The notes beneath the pieces were generated by a model that was not told the origin of the DNA, made no database searches, and worked only from the letters and a program-made list of their open reading frames with translations. From Eledone cirrhosa (taxonomy: Eukaryota): a stretch of 64,000 bases of DNA. The stretch lies in the NCBI GenBank assembly GCA_964016885.1, contig OZ024758.1, forward strand, positions 37,696,001 through 37,760,000. Direction: 5' to 3'. The position numbers and the translations under genes are program-made. Below, piece after piece: positions 39,565 to 52,900 of this stretch (position 1 is the first letter of the stretch; the number at the start of each line of letters is the position of its first letter).

Positions 39565-41919
39565 CTGTTGGTGAGAATTCATTTAAGTTCATGGTATTAG
39601 CTGTCAGAAGTAACTCCACTGTTGGTGAGAATTCATTTAAGTCATGGTATTAGCTGTCAGAAGTAACTCCATTGTTGGTGAGAATTCATTTAAGTCATGG
39701 TACTAGCTGTTAAAAGTAACTCCAATGTTGGTGAGAATTCATTTAAGTCATGGTACTAGCTGTCAGAAGTAACTCCAATGTTGGTGAGAATTCATTTAAG
39801 TTCATGGTATTAGCTGTCAGAAGGAACTCCACTGTTGGTGAGAATTCATTTAAGTTCATGGTATTAGCTGTCAGAAGTAACTCCACTGTTGGTGAGAATT
39901 CATTTAAGTTCATGGTATTAGCTGTCAGAAGTAACTCCACTGTTGGTGAGAATTCATTTAAGTTCATGGTACTAGCTGTCAGAAGTAACTCCAATGTTGG
40001 TGAGAATTCATTTAAGTTCATGGTATTAGCTGTCAGAAGTAACTCCACTGTTGGTGAGAATTCATTTAAGTCATGGTATTAGCTGTCAGAAGTAACTCCA
40101 ATGTTGGTGAGAATTCATTTAAGTTCATGGTATTAGCTGTCAGAAGTAACTCCAATGTTGGTGAGAATTCATTTAAGTTCATGGTATTAGCTGTCAGAAG
40201 GAACTCCACTGTTGCTGAGAATTCATTTAAGTTCATGGTATTAGCTGTCAGAAGTAACTCCACTGTTGGTGAGAATTCATTTAAGTTCATGGTACTAGCT
40301 GTCAGAAGTAACTCCACTGTTGGTGAGAATTCATTTAAGTTCATGGTATTAGCTGTCAGAAGTCACTCCAATGTTGGTGAGAATTCATTTAAGTTCATGG
40401 TATTAGCTGTCAGAAGTCACTCCACTGTTGGTGAGAATTCATTTAAGTTCATGGTACTAGCTGTCAGAAGTAACCCCAATGTTGGTGAGAATTCATTTAA
40501 GTTCATGGTATTAGCTGTCAGAAGTCACTCCAATGTTGGTGAGAATTCATTTAAGTTCATGGTATTAGCTGTCAGAAGTAACTCCACTGTTGGTGAGAAT
40601 TCATTTAAGTTCATGGTATTAGCTGTCAGAAGGAACTCCACTGTTGGTGAGAATTCATTTAAGTTCATGGTACTAGCTGTCAGAAGTAACTCCACCGTTG
40701 GTGAGAATTCATTTAAGTTCATGGTATTAGTTTGTCAGAAGTAACTCCACTGTTGGTGAGAATGCATTTAAGTCATGGTATTAGTTGTCAGAAGTAACTC
40801 CAATGTTGGTGAGAATTCATTTAAGCCATGGTACTAGCTGTCAGAAGTAACTCCAATGTTGGTGAGAATTCATTTAAGTTCATGGTATTAGCTGTCAGAA
40901 CGAACTCCACTGTTGGTGAGAATTCATTTAAGTTCATGGTATTAGCTGTCAGAAGTAACTCCACTGTTGGTGAGAATTCATTTAAGTTCATGGTACTAGC
41001 TGTCAGAAGTAACTCCAATGTTGGTGAGAAATCATTTAAGTTCATGGTATTAGCTGTCAGAAGTAACTCCACTGTTGGTGAGAGTTCATTTAAGTCATGG
41101 TATTAGCTGTCAGAAGTAACTCCAATGTTGGTGAGAATTCATTTAAGTTCATGGTATTAGCTGTCAGAAGTAACTCCACTGTTGGTGAGAATTCATTTAA
41201 GTTCATGGTATTAGCTGTCAGAAGTAACTCCACTGTTGGTGAGAATTCATTTAAGTTCATGGTACTAGCTGTCAGAAGTAACTCCACTGTTGGTGAGAAT
41301 TCATTTAAGTTCATGGTATTAGTTTGTCAGAAGTAACTCCACTGTTGGTGAGAATTCATTTAAGTCATGGTATTAGTTGTCAGAAGTAACTCCAATGTTG
41401 GTGAGAATTCATTTAAGTTCATGGTATTAGCTGTCAGAAGGAACTCCACTGTTGGTGAGAATTCATTTAAGTTCATGGTATTAGCTGTCAGAAGGAACTC
41501 CAATGTTGGTGAGAATTCATTTAAGTCATGGTACTAGCTGTCAGAAGTAACTCCACTGTTGGTGAGAATTCATTTAAGTTCATTGTATTAGCTGTCAGAA
41601 GGAACTCCACTGTTGGTGAGAATTCATTTAAGTTCATGGTATTAGCTGTCAGAAGGAACGCCACTGTTGGTGAGAATTCATTTAAGTTCATGGTATTAGC
41701 TGTCAGAAGTAACTCCACTGTTGGTGAGAATTCATTTAAGTTCATGGTACTAGCTGTCAGAAGTAACTCCAATGTTGGTGAGAATTCATTTAAGTTCATG
41801 TTATTAGCTGTCAGAAGGAACTCCACTGTTGGTGAGAATTCATTTAAGTTCATGGTATTAGCTGTCAGAAGTAACTCCACTGTTGGTGAGAATTCATTTA
41901 AGTCATGGTATTAGCTGTC

Positions 41920-42111
41920 AGAAGTAACTCCATTGTTGGTGAGAATTCATTTAAGTCATGGTACTAGCTGTCAGAAGTAACTCCAATGTTGGTGAGAATT
42001 CATTTAAGTCATGGTACTAGCTGTCAAATGAATTCTCACCAACATTGGAGTTACTTCTGACAGCTAGTACCATGACTTAAATGAATTCTCACCAACAATG
42101 GAGTTACTTCT
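41920..42111. repeat. Perfect inverted repeat: 86-bp arms (41920-42005 and 42026-42111) with a 20-nt spacer
   Basis: The arms were compared base by base, including the diagnostic CCATTG variant, the AAGTC deletion, CTA and CCAATG. The spacer is AAGTCATGGTACTAGCTGTC (42006-42025). Confidence 0.95.
42026..42111 (-). repeat. Inverted satellite segment (about 1.6 monomers), the only orientation switch seen in the window
   Basis: AAATGAATTCTCACCAACATTGGAGTTACTTCTGACAGCTAGTACCATGACTTAAATGAATTCTCACCAACAATGGAGTTACTTCT is the reverse complement of satellite sequence and matches 41920-42005 exactly. The minus-strand ORF 42051..42470 switches to plus-strand-type peptide (VTPLLVRIHLSHGTSCQK) here. Confidence 0.97.
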
Positions 42112-42286
42112 AAGTTCATGGTATTAGCTGTCAGAAGGAACTCCACTGTTGGTGAGAATTCATTTAAGTTCATGGTATTAGCTGTCAGAAGTAACTCCAC
42201 TGTTGGTGAGAATTCATTTAAGTTCATGGTATTAGCTGTCAGAAGTAACTCCACTGTTGGTGAGAATTCATTTAAGTTCATGGTAC

Positions 42287-45200
42287 TAGCTGTCAGAAGT
42301 AACTCCAATGTTGGTGAGAATTCATTTAAGTTCATGGTATTAGCTGTCAGAAGGAACTCCACTGTTGCTGAGAATTCATTTAAGTTCATGGTATTAGCTG
42401 TCAGAAGTAACTCCACTGTTGGTGAGAATTCATTTAAGTTCATGGTACTAGCTGTCAGAAGTAACTCCACTGTTGGTGAGAATTCATTTAAGTTCTTGGT
42501 ATTAGCTGTCAGAAGTCACTCCAATGTTGGTGAGAATTCATTTAAGTTCATGGTATTAGCTGTCAGAAGTCACTCCACTGTTGGTGAGAATTCATTTAAG
42601 TTCATGGTACTAGCTGTCAGAAGTAACCCCAATGTTGGTGAGAATTCATTTAAGTTCATGGTATTAGCTGTCAGAAGTCACTCCAATGTTGGTGAGAATT
42701 CATTTAAGTTCATGGTATTAGCTGTCAGAAGTAACTCCACTGTTGGTGAGAATTCATTTAAGTTCATGGTATTAGCTGTCAGAAGTAACTCCACTGTTGG
42801 TGAGAATTCATTTAAGTTCATGGTATTAGCTGTCAGAAGGAACTCCACTGTTGGTGAGAATTCATTTAAGTTCATGGTACTAGCTGTCAGAAGTAACTCC
42901 ACTGTTGGTGAGAATTCATTTAAGTTCATGGTATTAGTTTGTCAGAAGTAACTCCACTGTTGGTGAGAATTCATTTAAGTCATGGTATTAGTTGTCAGAA
43001 GTAACTCCAATGTTGATGAGAATTCATTTAAGTTCATGGTATTAGCTGTCAGAACGAACTCCACTGTTGGTGAAAATTCATTTAAGTTCATGGTATTAGC
43101 TGTCAGAAGTAACTCCACTGTTGGTGAGAATTCATTTAAGTTCATGGTACTAGCTGTCAGAAGTAACTCCAATGTTGGTGAGAATTCATTTAAGTTCATG
43201 GTATTAGCTGTCAGAAGTAACTCCACTGTTGGTGAGAGTTCATTTAAGTCATGGTATTAGCTGTCAGAAGTAACTCCAATGTTGGTGAGAATTCATTTAA
43301 GTTCATGGTATTAGCTGTCAGAAGTAACTCCACTGTTGGTGAGAATTCATTTAAGTTCATGGTATTAGCTGTCAGAAGTAACTCCACTGTTGGTGAGAAT
43401 TCATTTAAGTTCATGGTACTAGCTGTCAGAAGTAACTCCACTGTTGGTGAGAATTCATTTAAGTTCATGGTATTAGTTTGTCAGAAGTAACTCCACTGTT
43501 GGTGAGAATTCATTTAAGTCATGGTATTAGTTGTCAGAAGTAACACCAATGTTGGTGAGAATTCATTTAAGTTCATGGTATTAGCTGTCAGAAGGAACTC
43601 CACTGTTGGTGAGAATTCATTTAAGTTCATGGTATTAGCTGTCAGAAGGAACTCCAATGTTGGTGAGAATTCATTTAAGTCATGGTACTAGCTGTCAGAA
43701 GTAACTCCACAGTTGGTGAGAATTCATTTAAGTTCATGGTATTAGCTGTCAGAAGGAACTCCACTGTTGGTGAGAATTCATTTAAGTTCATGGTACTAGC
43801 TGTCAGAAGGAACTCCACTGTTGGTGAGAATTCATTTAAGTTCATGGTATTAGTTTGTCAGAAGTAACTCCACTGTTGGTGAGAATTCATTTAAGTCATG
43901 GTATTAGTTGTCAGAAGTAACTCCAATGTTGGTGATAATTCATTTAAGCCATGGTACTAGCTGTCAGAAGTAACTCCAATGTTGGTGAGAATTCATTTAA
44001 TTTCATGGTATTAGCTGTCAGAACGAACTCCACTGTTGGTGAGAATTCATTTAAGTTCATGGTATTAGCTGTCAGAAGGAACTCCACTGTTGGTGAGAAT
44101 TCATTTAAGTTCATGGTATTAGCTGTCAGAAGGAACGCCACTGTTGGTGAGAATTCATTTAAGTTCATGGTATTAGCTGTCAGAAGTAACTCCACTGTTG
44201 GTGAGAATTCATTTAAGTTCATGGTACTAGCTGTCAGAAGTAACTCCAATGTTGGTGAGAATTCATTTAAGTTCATGGTATTAGCTGTCAGAAGGAACTC
44301 CACTGTTGGTGAGAATTCATTTAAGTTCATGGTATTAGCTGTCAGAAGTAACTCCACTGTTGGTGAGAATTCATTTAAGTTCATGGTATTAGCTGTCAGA
44401 AGTAACTCCACTGTTGGTGAGAATTCATTTAAGTTCATGGTACTAGCTGTCAGAAGTAACTCCAATGTTGGTGAGAATTCATTTAAGTTCATGGTATTAG
44501 CTGTCAGAAGTAACTCCACTGTTGGTGAGAATTCATTTAAGTCATGGTATTAGCTGTCAGAAGTAACTCCAATGTTGGTGAGAATTCATTTAAGTTCATG
44601 GTATTAGCTGTCAGAAGTAACTCCAATGTTGGTGAGAATTCATTTAAGTTCATGGTATTAGCTGTCAGAAGGAACTCCACTGTTGCTGAGAATTCATTTA
44701 AGTTCATGGTATTAGCTGTCAGAAGTAACTCCACTGTTGGTGAGAATTCATTTAAGTTCATGGTAATAGCTGTCAGAAGTACCCCAATGTTGGTGAGAAT
44801 TCATTTAAGTTCATGGTATTAGCTGTCAGAAGTCACTCCAATGTTGGTGAGAATTCATTTAAGTTCATGGTATTAGCTGTCAGAAGTAACTCCACTGTTG
44901 GTGAGAATTCATTTAAGTTCATGGTATTAGCTGTCAGAAGTAACTCCACTGTTGGTGAGAATTCATTTAAGTTCATGGTATTAGCTGTCAGAAGGAACTC
45001 CACTGTTGGTGAGAATTCATTTAAATTCATGGTACTAGCTGTCAGAAGTAACTCCACTGTTGGTGAGAATTCATTTAAGTTCATGGTATTAGTTTGTCAG
45101 AAGTAACTCCACTGTTGGTGAGAATTCATTTACGTCATGGTATTAGTTGTCAGAAGTAACTCCAATGTTGGTGAGAATTCATTTAAGCCATGGTACTAGC

Positions 45201-47240
45201 TGTCAGAAGTAACTCCAATGTTGGTGAGAATTCATTTAAGTTCATGGTATTAGCTGTCAGAACGAACTCCACTGTTGGTGAAAATTCATTTAAGTTCATG
45301 GTATTAGCTGTCAGAAGTAACTCCACTGTTGGTGAGAATTCATTTAAGTTCATGGTACTAGCTGTCAGAAGTAACTCCAATGTTGGTGAGAATTCATTTA
45401 AGTTCATGGTATTAGCTGTCAGAAGTAACTCCACTGTTGGTGAGAGTTCATTTAAGTCATGGTATTAGCTGTCAGAAGTAACTCCAATGTTGGTGAGAAT
45501 TCATTTAAGTTCATGGTATTAGCTGTCAGAAGTAACTCCACTGTTGGTGAGAATTCATTTAAGTTCATGGTATTAGCTGTCAGAAGTAACTCCACTGTTG
45601 GTGAGAATTCATTTAAGTTCATGGTACTAGCTGTCAGAAGTAACTCGACTGTTGGTGAGAATTCATTTAAGTTCATGGTATTAGTTTGTCAGAAGTAACT
45701 CCACTGTTGGTGAGAATTCATTTAAGTCATGGTATTAGTTGTCAGAAGTAACTCCAATGTTGGTGAGAATTCATTTAAGTTCATGGTATTAGCTGTCAGA
45801 AGGAACTCCACTGTTGGTGAGAATTCATTTAAGTTCATGGTATTAGCTGTCAGAAGGAACTCCAATGTTGGTGAGAATTCATTTAAGTCATGGTACTAGC
45901 TGTCAGAAGTAACTCCAATGTTGGTGAGAATTCATTTAAGTCATGGTACTAGCTGTCAGAAGTAACTCCAATGTTGGTGAGAATTCATTGAAGTTCATGG
46001 TATTAGCTGTCAGAAGGAACTCCACTGTTGGTGAGAATTCATTTAAGTTCATGGTATTAGCTGTCAGAAGTAACTCCACTGTTGGTGAGAATTCATTTAA
46101 GTTCATGGTATTAGCTGACAGAAGTAACTCCACTGTTGGTGAGAATTCATTTAAGTTCATGGTACTAGCTGTCAGAAGTAACTCCAATGTTGGTGAGAAT
46201 TCATTTAAGTTCATGGTATTAGCTGTCAGAAGTAACTCCACTGTTGGTGAGAATTCATTTAAGTCATGGTATTAGATGTCAGAAGTAACTCCAATGTTGG
46301 TGAGAATTCATTTAAGTTCATGGTATTAGCTGTCAGAAGTAACTCCAATGTTGGTGAGAATTCATTTAAGTTCATGGTATTAGCTGTCAGAAGGAACTCC
46401 ACTGTTGCTGAGAATTCATTTAAGTTCATGGTATTAGCTGTCAGAAGTAACTCCACTGTTGGTGAGAATTCATTTAAGTTCATGGTACTAGCTGTCAGAA
46501 GTAACTCCACTGTTGGTGAGAATTCATTTAAGTTCTTGGTATTAGCTGTCAGAAGTCACTCCAATGTTGGTGAGAATTCATTTAAGTTCATGGTATTAGC
46601 TGTCAGAAGTCACTCCACTGTTGGTGAGAATTCATTTAAGTTCATGGTACTAGCTGTCAGAAGTAACCCCAATGTTGGTGAGAATTCATTTAAGTTCATG
46701 GTATTAGCTGTCAGAAGTCACTCCAATGTTGGTGAGAATTCATTTAAGTTCATGGTATTAGCTGTCAGAAGTAACTCCACTGTTGGTGAGAATTCATTTA
46801 AGTTCATGGTATTAGCTGTCAGAAGTAACTCCACTGTTGGTGAGAATTCATTTAAGTTCATGGTATTAGCTGTCAGAAGGAACTCCACTGTTGGTGAGAA
46901 TTCATTTAAGTTCATGGTACTAGCTGTCAGAAGTAACTCCACTGTTGGTGAGAATTCATTTAAGTTCATGGTATTAGTTTGTCAGAAGTAACTCCACTGT
47001 TGGTGAGAATTCATTTAAGTCATGGTATTAGTTGTCAGAAGTAACTCCAATGTTGATGAGAATTCATTTAAGTTCATGGTATTAGCTGTCAGAACGAACT
47101 CCACTGTTGGTGAAAATTCATTTAAGTTCATGGTATTAGCTGTCAGAAGTAACTCCACTGTTGGTGAGAATTCATTTAAGTTCATGGTACTAGCTGTCAG
47201 AAGTAACTCCAATGTTGGTGAGAATTCATTTAAGTTCATG
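42287..47240 (+). repeat. Dispersed duplication at offset 4,040 bp (75 monomers): 42287-43200 repeated at 46327-47240
   Basis: ORFs 42678/46718 and 42982/47022. Shared TTCTTGG, GTTGATGAG, AGAACG and GAAAATTC variants. Confidence 0.85.
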
Positions 47241-49924
47241 TTATTAGCTGTCAGAAGGAACTCCACTGTTGGTGAGAATTCATTTAAGTTCATGGTATTA
47301 GCTGTCAGAAGTAACTCCACTGTTGGTGAGAATTCATTTAAGTCATGGTATTAGCTGTCAGAAGTAACTCCATTGTTGGTGAGAATTCATTTAAGTCATG
47401 GTACTAGCTGTCAGAAGTAACTCCAATGTTGGTGAGAATTCATTTAAGTCATGGTACTAGCTGTCAGAAGTAACTCCAATGTTGGTGAGAATTCATTTAA
47501 GTTCATGGTATTAGCTGTCAGAAGGAACTCCACTGTTGGTGAGAATTCATTTAAGTTCATGGTATTAGCTGTCAGAAGTAACTCCACTGTTGGTGAGAAT
47601 TCATTTAGTTCATGGTATTAGCTGTCAGAAGTAACTCCACTGTTGGTGAGAATTCATTTAAGTTCATGGTACTAGCTGTCAGAAGTAACTCCAATGTTGG
47701 TGAGAATTCATTTAAGTTCATGGTATTAGCTGTCAGAAGTAACTCCACTGTTGGTGAGAATTCAGTTAAGTCATGGTATTAGCTGTCAGAAGTAACTCCA
47801 ATGTTGGTGAGAATTCATTTAAGTTCATGGTATTAGCTGTCAGAAGTAACTCCACTGTTGGTGAGAATTCATTTAAGTTCATGGTATTAGCTGTCAGAAG
47901 TAACTCCACTGTTGGTGAGAATTCATTTAAGTTCATGGTACTAGCTGTCAGAAGTAACTCCACTGTTGGTGAGAATTCATTTAAGTTCATGGTATTAGTT
48001 TGTCAGAAGTAACTCCACTGTTGGTGAGAATTCATTTAAGTCATGGTATTAGTTGTCAGAAGTAACTCCAATGTTGGTGAGAATTCATTTAAGTTCATGG
48101 TACTAGCTGTCAGAAGTAAATCCACTGTTGGTGAGAATTCATTTAAGTTCATGGTATTAGCTGTCAGAAGTAACTCCACTGTTGGTGAGAATTCATTTAA
48201 GTCATGGTATTAGCTGTCAGAAGTAACTCCAATGTTGGTGAGAATTCATTTAAGTCATGGTACTAGCTGTCAGAAGTAACTCCAATGTTGGTGAGAATTC
48301 ATTTAAGTTCATGGTATTAGTTTGTCAGAAGTAACTCCACTGTTGGTGAGAATTCATTTAAGTCATGGTATTAGTTGTCAGAAGTAACTCCAATGTTGGT
48401 GAGAATTCATTTAAGTTCATGGTATTAGCTGTCAGAAGGAACTCCACTGTTGGTGAGAATTCATTTAAGTTCATGGTATTAGCTGTCAGAAGGAACTCCA
48501 ATGTTGGTGAGAATTCATTTAAGTCATGTTACTAGCTGTCAGAAGTAACTCCACTGTTGGTGAGAATTCATTTAAGTTCATGGTATTAGTTTGTCAGAAG
48601 TAACTCCACTGTTGGTGAGAATTCATTTAAGTCATGGTATTAGTTGTCAGAAGTAACTCCAATGTTGGTGAGAATTCATTTAAGTTCATGGTACTAGCTG
48701 TCAGAAGGAACGCCACTGTTGGTGAGAATTCATTTAAGTTCATGGTATTAGCTGTCAGAAGTAACTCCACTGTTGGTGAGAATTCATTTAAGTTCATGGT
48801 ACTAGCTGTCAGAAGTAACTCCAATGTTGGTGAGAATTCATTTAAGTTCATGTTATTAGCTGTCAGAAGGAACTCCACTGTTGGTGAGAATTCATTTAAG
48901 TTCATGGTATTAGCTGTCAGAAGTAACTCCACTGTTGGTGAGAATTCATTTAAGTCATGGTATTAGCTGTCAGAAGTAACTCCATTGTTGGTGAGAATTC
49001 ATTTAAGTCATGGTACTAGCTGTCAGAAGTAACTCCAATGTTGGTGAGAATTCATTTAAGTCATGGTACTAGCTGTCAGAAGTAACTCCAATGTTGGTGA
49101 GAATTCATTTAAGTTCATGGTATTAGCTGTCAGAAGGAACTCCACTGTTGGTGAGAATTCATTTAAGTTCATGGTATTAGCTGTCAGAAGTAACTCCACT
49201 GTTGGTGAGAATTCATTTAGTTCATGGTATTAGCTGTCAGAAGTAACTCCACTGTTGGTGAGAATTCATTTAAGTTCATGGTACTAGCTGTCAGAAGTAA
49301 CTCCAATGTTGGTGAGAATTCATTTAAGTTCATGGTATTAGCTGTCAGAAGTAACTCCACTGTTGGTGAGAATTCAGTTAAGTCATGGTATTAGCTGTCA
49401 GAAGTAACTCCAATGTTGGTGAGAATTCATTTAAGTTCATGGTATTAGCTGTCAGAAGTAACTCCACTGTTGGTGAGAATTCATTTAAGTTCATGGTATT
49501 AGCTGTCAGAAGTAACTCCACTGTTGGTGAGAATTCATTTAAGTTCATGGTACTAGCTGTCAGAAGTAACTCCACTGTTGGTGAGAATTCATTTAAGTTC
49601 ATGGTATTAGTTTGTCAGAAGTAACTCCACTGTTGGTGAGAATTCATTTAAGTCATGGTATTAGTTGTCAGAAGTAACTCCAATGTTGGTGAGAATTCAT
49701 TTAAGTTCATGGTACTAGCTGTCAGAAGTAAATCCACTGTTGGTGAGAATTCATTTAAGTTCATGGTATTAGCTGTCAGAAGTAACTCCACTGTTGGTGA
49801 GAATTCATTTAAGTCATGGTATTAGCTGTCAGAAGTAACTCCAATGTTGGTGAGAATTCATTTAAGTCATGGTACTAGCTGTCAGAAGTAACTCCAATGT
49901 TGGTGAGAATTCATTTAAGTTCAT
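47115..49924 (+). repeat. 1.2-kb block 47115-48312 repeated at 48727-49924 (offset 1,612 bp, 30 monomers) and at 9462-10659
   Basis: ORFs 47773/49385/10120. Shared TTTAGTTC deletion, CAGTTAAG and AGTAAATCC variants. Confidence 0.85.
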
Positions 49925-52900
49925 TGTATTAGCTGTCAGAAGTAACTCCACTGTTGGTGAGAATTCGTTTAAGTTCATGGTATTAGCTGTCAGAAGTAAC
50001 TCCACTGTTGGTGAGAATTCATTTAAGTTCATGGTATTAGCTGTCAGAAGTAACTCCACTGTTGGTGAGAATTCATTTAAGTTCATGGTATTAGCTGTCA
50101 GAAGTAACTCCACTGTTGGTGAGAATTCATTTAATTTCATGGTATTAGCTGTCAGAAGGAACTCCAATGTTGGTGAGAATTCATTTAAGTCATGGTACTA
50201 GCTGTCAGAAGTAACTCCACTGTTGGTGAGAATTCATTTAAGTTCATGGTATTAGCTGTCAGAAGGAACGCCACTGTTGGTGAGAATTCATTTAAGTTCA
50301 TGGTATTAGCTGTCAGAAGTAACTCCACTGTTGGTGAGAATTCATTTAAGTTCATGGTACTAGCTGTCAGAAGTAACTCCAATGTTGGTGAGAATTCATT
50401 TAAGTTCATGGTATTAGCTGTCAGAAGGAACTCCACTGTTGCTGAGAATTCATTTAAGTTCATGGTATTAGCTGTCAGAAGTAACTCCACTGTTGGTGAG
50501 AATTCATTTAAGTTCATGGTACTAGCTGTCAGAAGTAACTCCACTGTTGGTGAGAATTCATTTAAGTTCATGGTATTAGCTGTCAGAAGTCACTCCAATG
50601 TTGGTGAGAATTCATTTAGGTTCATGGTATTAGCTGTCAGAAGTCACTCCACTGTTGGTGAGAATTCATTTAAGTTCATGGTACTAGCTGGCAGAAGTAA
50701 CCCCAATGTTGGTGAGAATTCATTTAAGTTCATGGTATTAGCTGTCAGAAGTCACTCCAATGTTGGTGAGAATTCATTTAAGTTCATGGTATTAGCTGTC
50801 AGAAGTAACTCCACTGTTGGTGAGAATTCATTTATGTTCATGGTATTAGTTTGTCAGAAGTAACTCCACTGTTGGTGAGAATTCATTTAAGTCATGGTAT
50901 TAGTTGTCAGAAGTAACTCCAATGTTGGTGAGAATTCATTTAAGTTCATGGTATTAGCTGTCAGAAGGAACTCCACTGTTGGTGAGAATTCATTTAAGTT
51001 CATGGTATTAGCTGTCAGAAGGAACTCCAATGTTGGTGAGAATTCATTTAAGTCATGGTACTAGCTGTCAGAAGTAACTCCACTGTTGGTGAGAATTCAT
51101 TTAAGTTCATGGTATTAGCTGTCAGAAGGAACGCCACTGTTGGTGAGAATTCATTTAAGTTCATGGTATTAGCTGTCAGAAGTAACTCCACTGTTGGTGA
51201 GAATTCATTTAAGTTCATGGTACTAGCTGTCAGAAGTAACTCCAATGTTGGTGAGAATTCATTTAAGTTCATGGTATTAGCTGTCAGAAGGAACTCCACT
51301 GTTGGTGAGAATTCATTTAAGTTCATGGTATTAGCTGTCAGAAGTAACTCCACTGTTGGTGAGAATTCATTTAAGTCATGGTATTAGCTGTCAGAAGTAA
51401 CTCCATTGTTGGTGAGAATTCAATTAAGTCATGGTACTAGCTGTCAGAAGTAACTCCAATGTTGGTGAGAATTCATTTAAGTTCATGTTATTAGCTGTCA
51501 GAAGGAACTCCACTGTTGGTGAGAATTCATTTAAGTTCATGGTATTAGCTGTCAGAAGTAACTCCACTGTTGGTGAGAATTCATTTAAGTTCATGGTATT
51601 AGCTGTCAGAAGTAACTGCACCGTTGGTGAGAATTCATTTAAGTTCATGGTACTAGCTGTCAGAAGTAACTCCAATGTTGGTGAGAATTCATTTAAGTTC
51701 ATGGTATTAGCTGTCAGAAGTAACTCCACTGTTGGTGAGAATTCATTTAAGTTCATGGTATTAGCTGTCAGAAGTAACTCCACTGTTGGTGAGAATTCAT
51801 TTAAGTTCATGGTATTAGCTGTCAGAAGTAACTCCACTGTTGGTGAGAATTCATTTAAGTTCATGGTACTAGCTGTCAGAAGTAACTCCAATGTTGGTGA
51901 GAATTCATTTAAGTTCATGGTATTAGCTGTCAGAAGTAACTCCACTGTTGGTGAGAATTCATTTAAGTCATGGTATTAGCTGTCAGAAGTAACTCCACTG
52001 TTGGTGAGAATTCATTTAAGTTCATGGTATTAGCTGTCAGAAGTAACTCCACTGTTGGTGAGAATTCATCTAAGTTCATGGTACTAGCTGTCAGAAGTAA
52101 CTCCAATGTTGGTGAGAATTCATTTAAGTTCATGGTATTAGCTGTCAGAAGTAACTCCACTGTTGGTGAGAATTCATTTAAGTCATGGTATTAGCTGTCA
52201 GAAGTAACTCCACTGTTGGTGAGAATTCATTTAAGTTCATGGTATTAGCTGTCAGAAGTAACTCCACTGTTGGTGAGAATTCATTTAAGTTCATGGTATT
52301 AGCTGTCAGAAGTAACTCCACTGTTGGTGAGAATTCATTTAAGTTCATGGTATTAGTTTGTCAGAAGTAACTCCACTGTTGGTGAGAATTCATTTAAGTC
52401 ATGGTATTAGTTGTCAGAAGTAACTCCAATGTTGGTGAGAATTCATTTAAGTTCATGGTACTAGCTGTCAGAAATAACTCCACTGTTGGTGAGAATTCAT
52501 TTAAGTTCATGGTAATAGCTGTCAGAAGTAACTCCACTGTTGGTGAGAATTCATTTAAGTCATGGTATTAGCTGTCAGAAGTAACTCCAATGTTGGTGAG
52601 AATTCATTTAAGTCATGGTACTAGCTGTCAGAAGTAACTCCAATGTTGGTGAGAATTCATTTAAGTTCATGGTATTAGCTGTCAGAAGTAACTCCACTGT
52701 TGGTGAGAATTCATTTAAGTTCATGGTATTAGCTGTCAGAAGGAACTCCACTGTTGGTGAGAATTCATTTAAGTCATGGTATTAGCTGTCAGAAGTAACT
52801 CCAATGTTGGTGAGAATTCATTTAAGTTCATGGTATTAGCTGTCAGAAGTCACTCCACTGTTGGTGAGAATTCATTTAAGTTCATGGTACTAGCTGTCAG

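Noticed and set aside
42026-42111. MITE, transposon footprint or site-specific invertible switch at the inversion
   Set aside because: The segment is purely satellite-derived, with no terminal inverted repeats of its own, no target-site duplication, only 1 bp of junction symmetry and no recombinase gene in the window.
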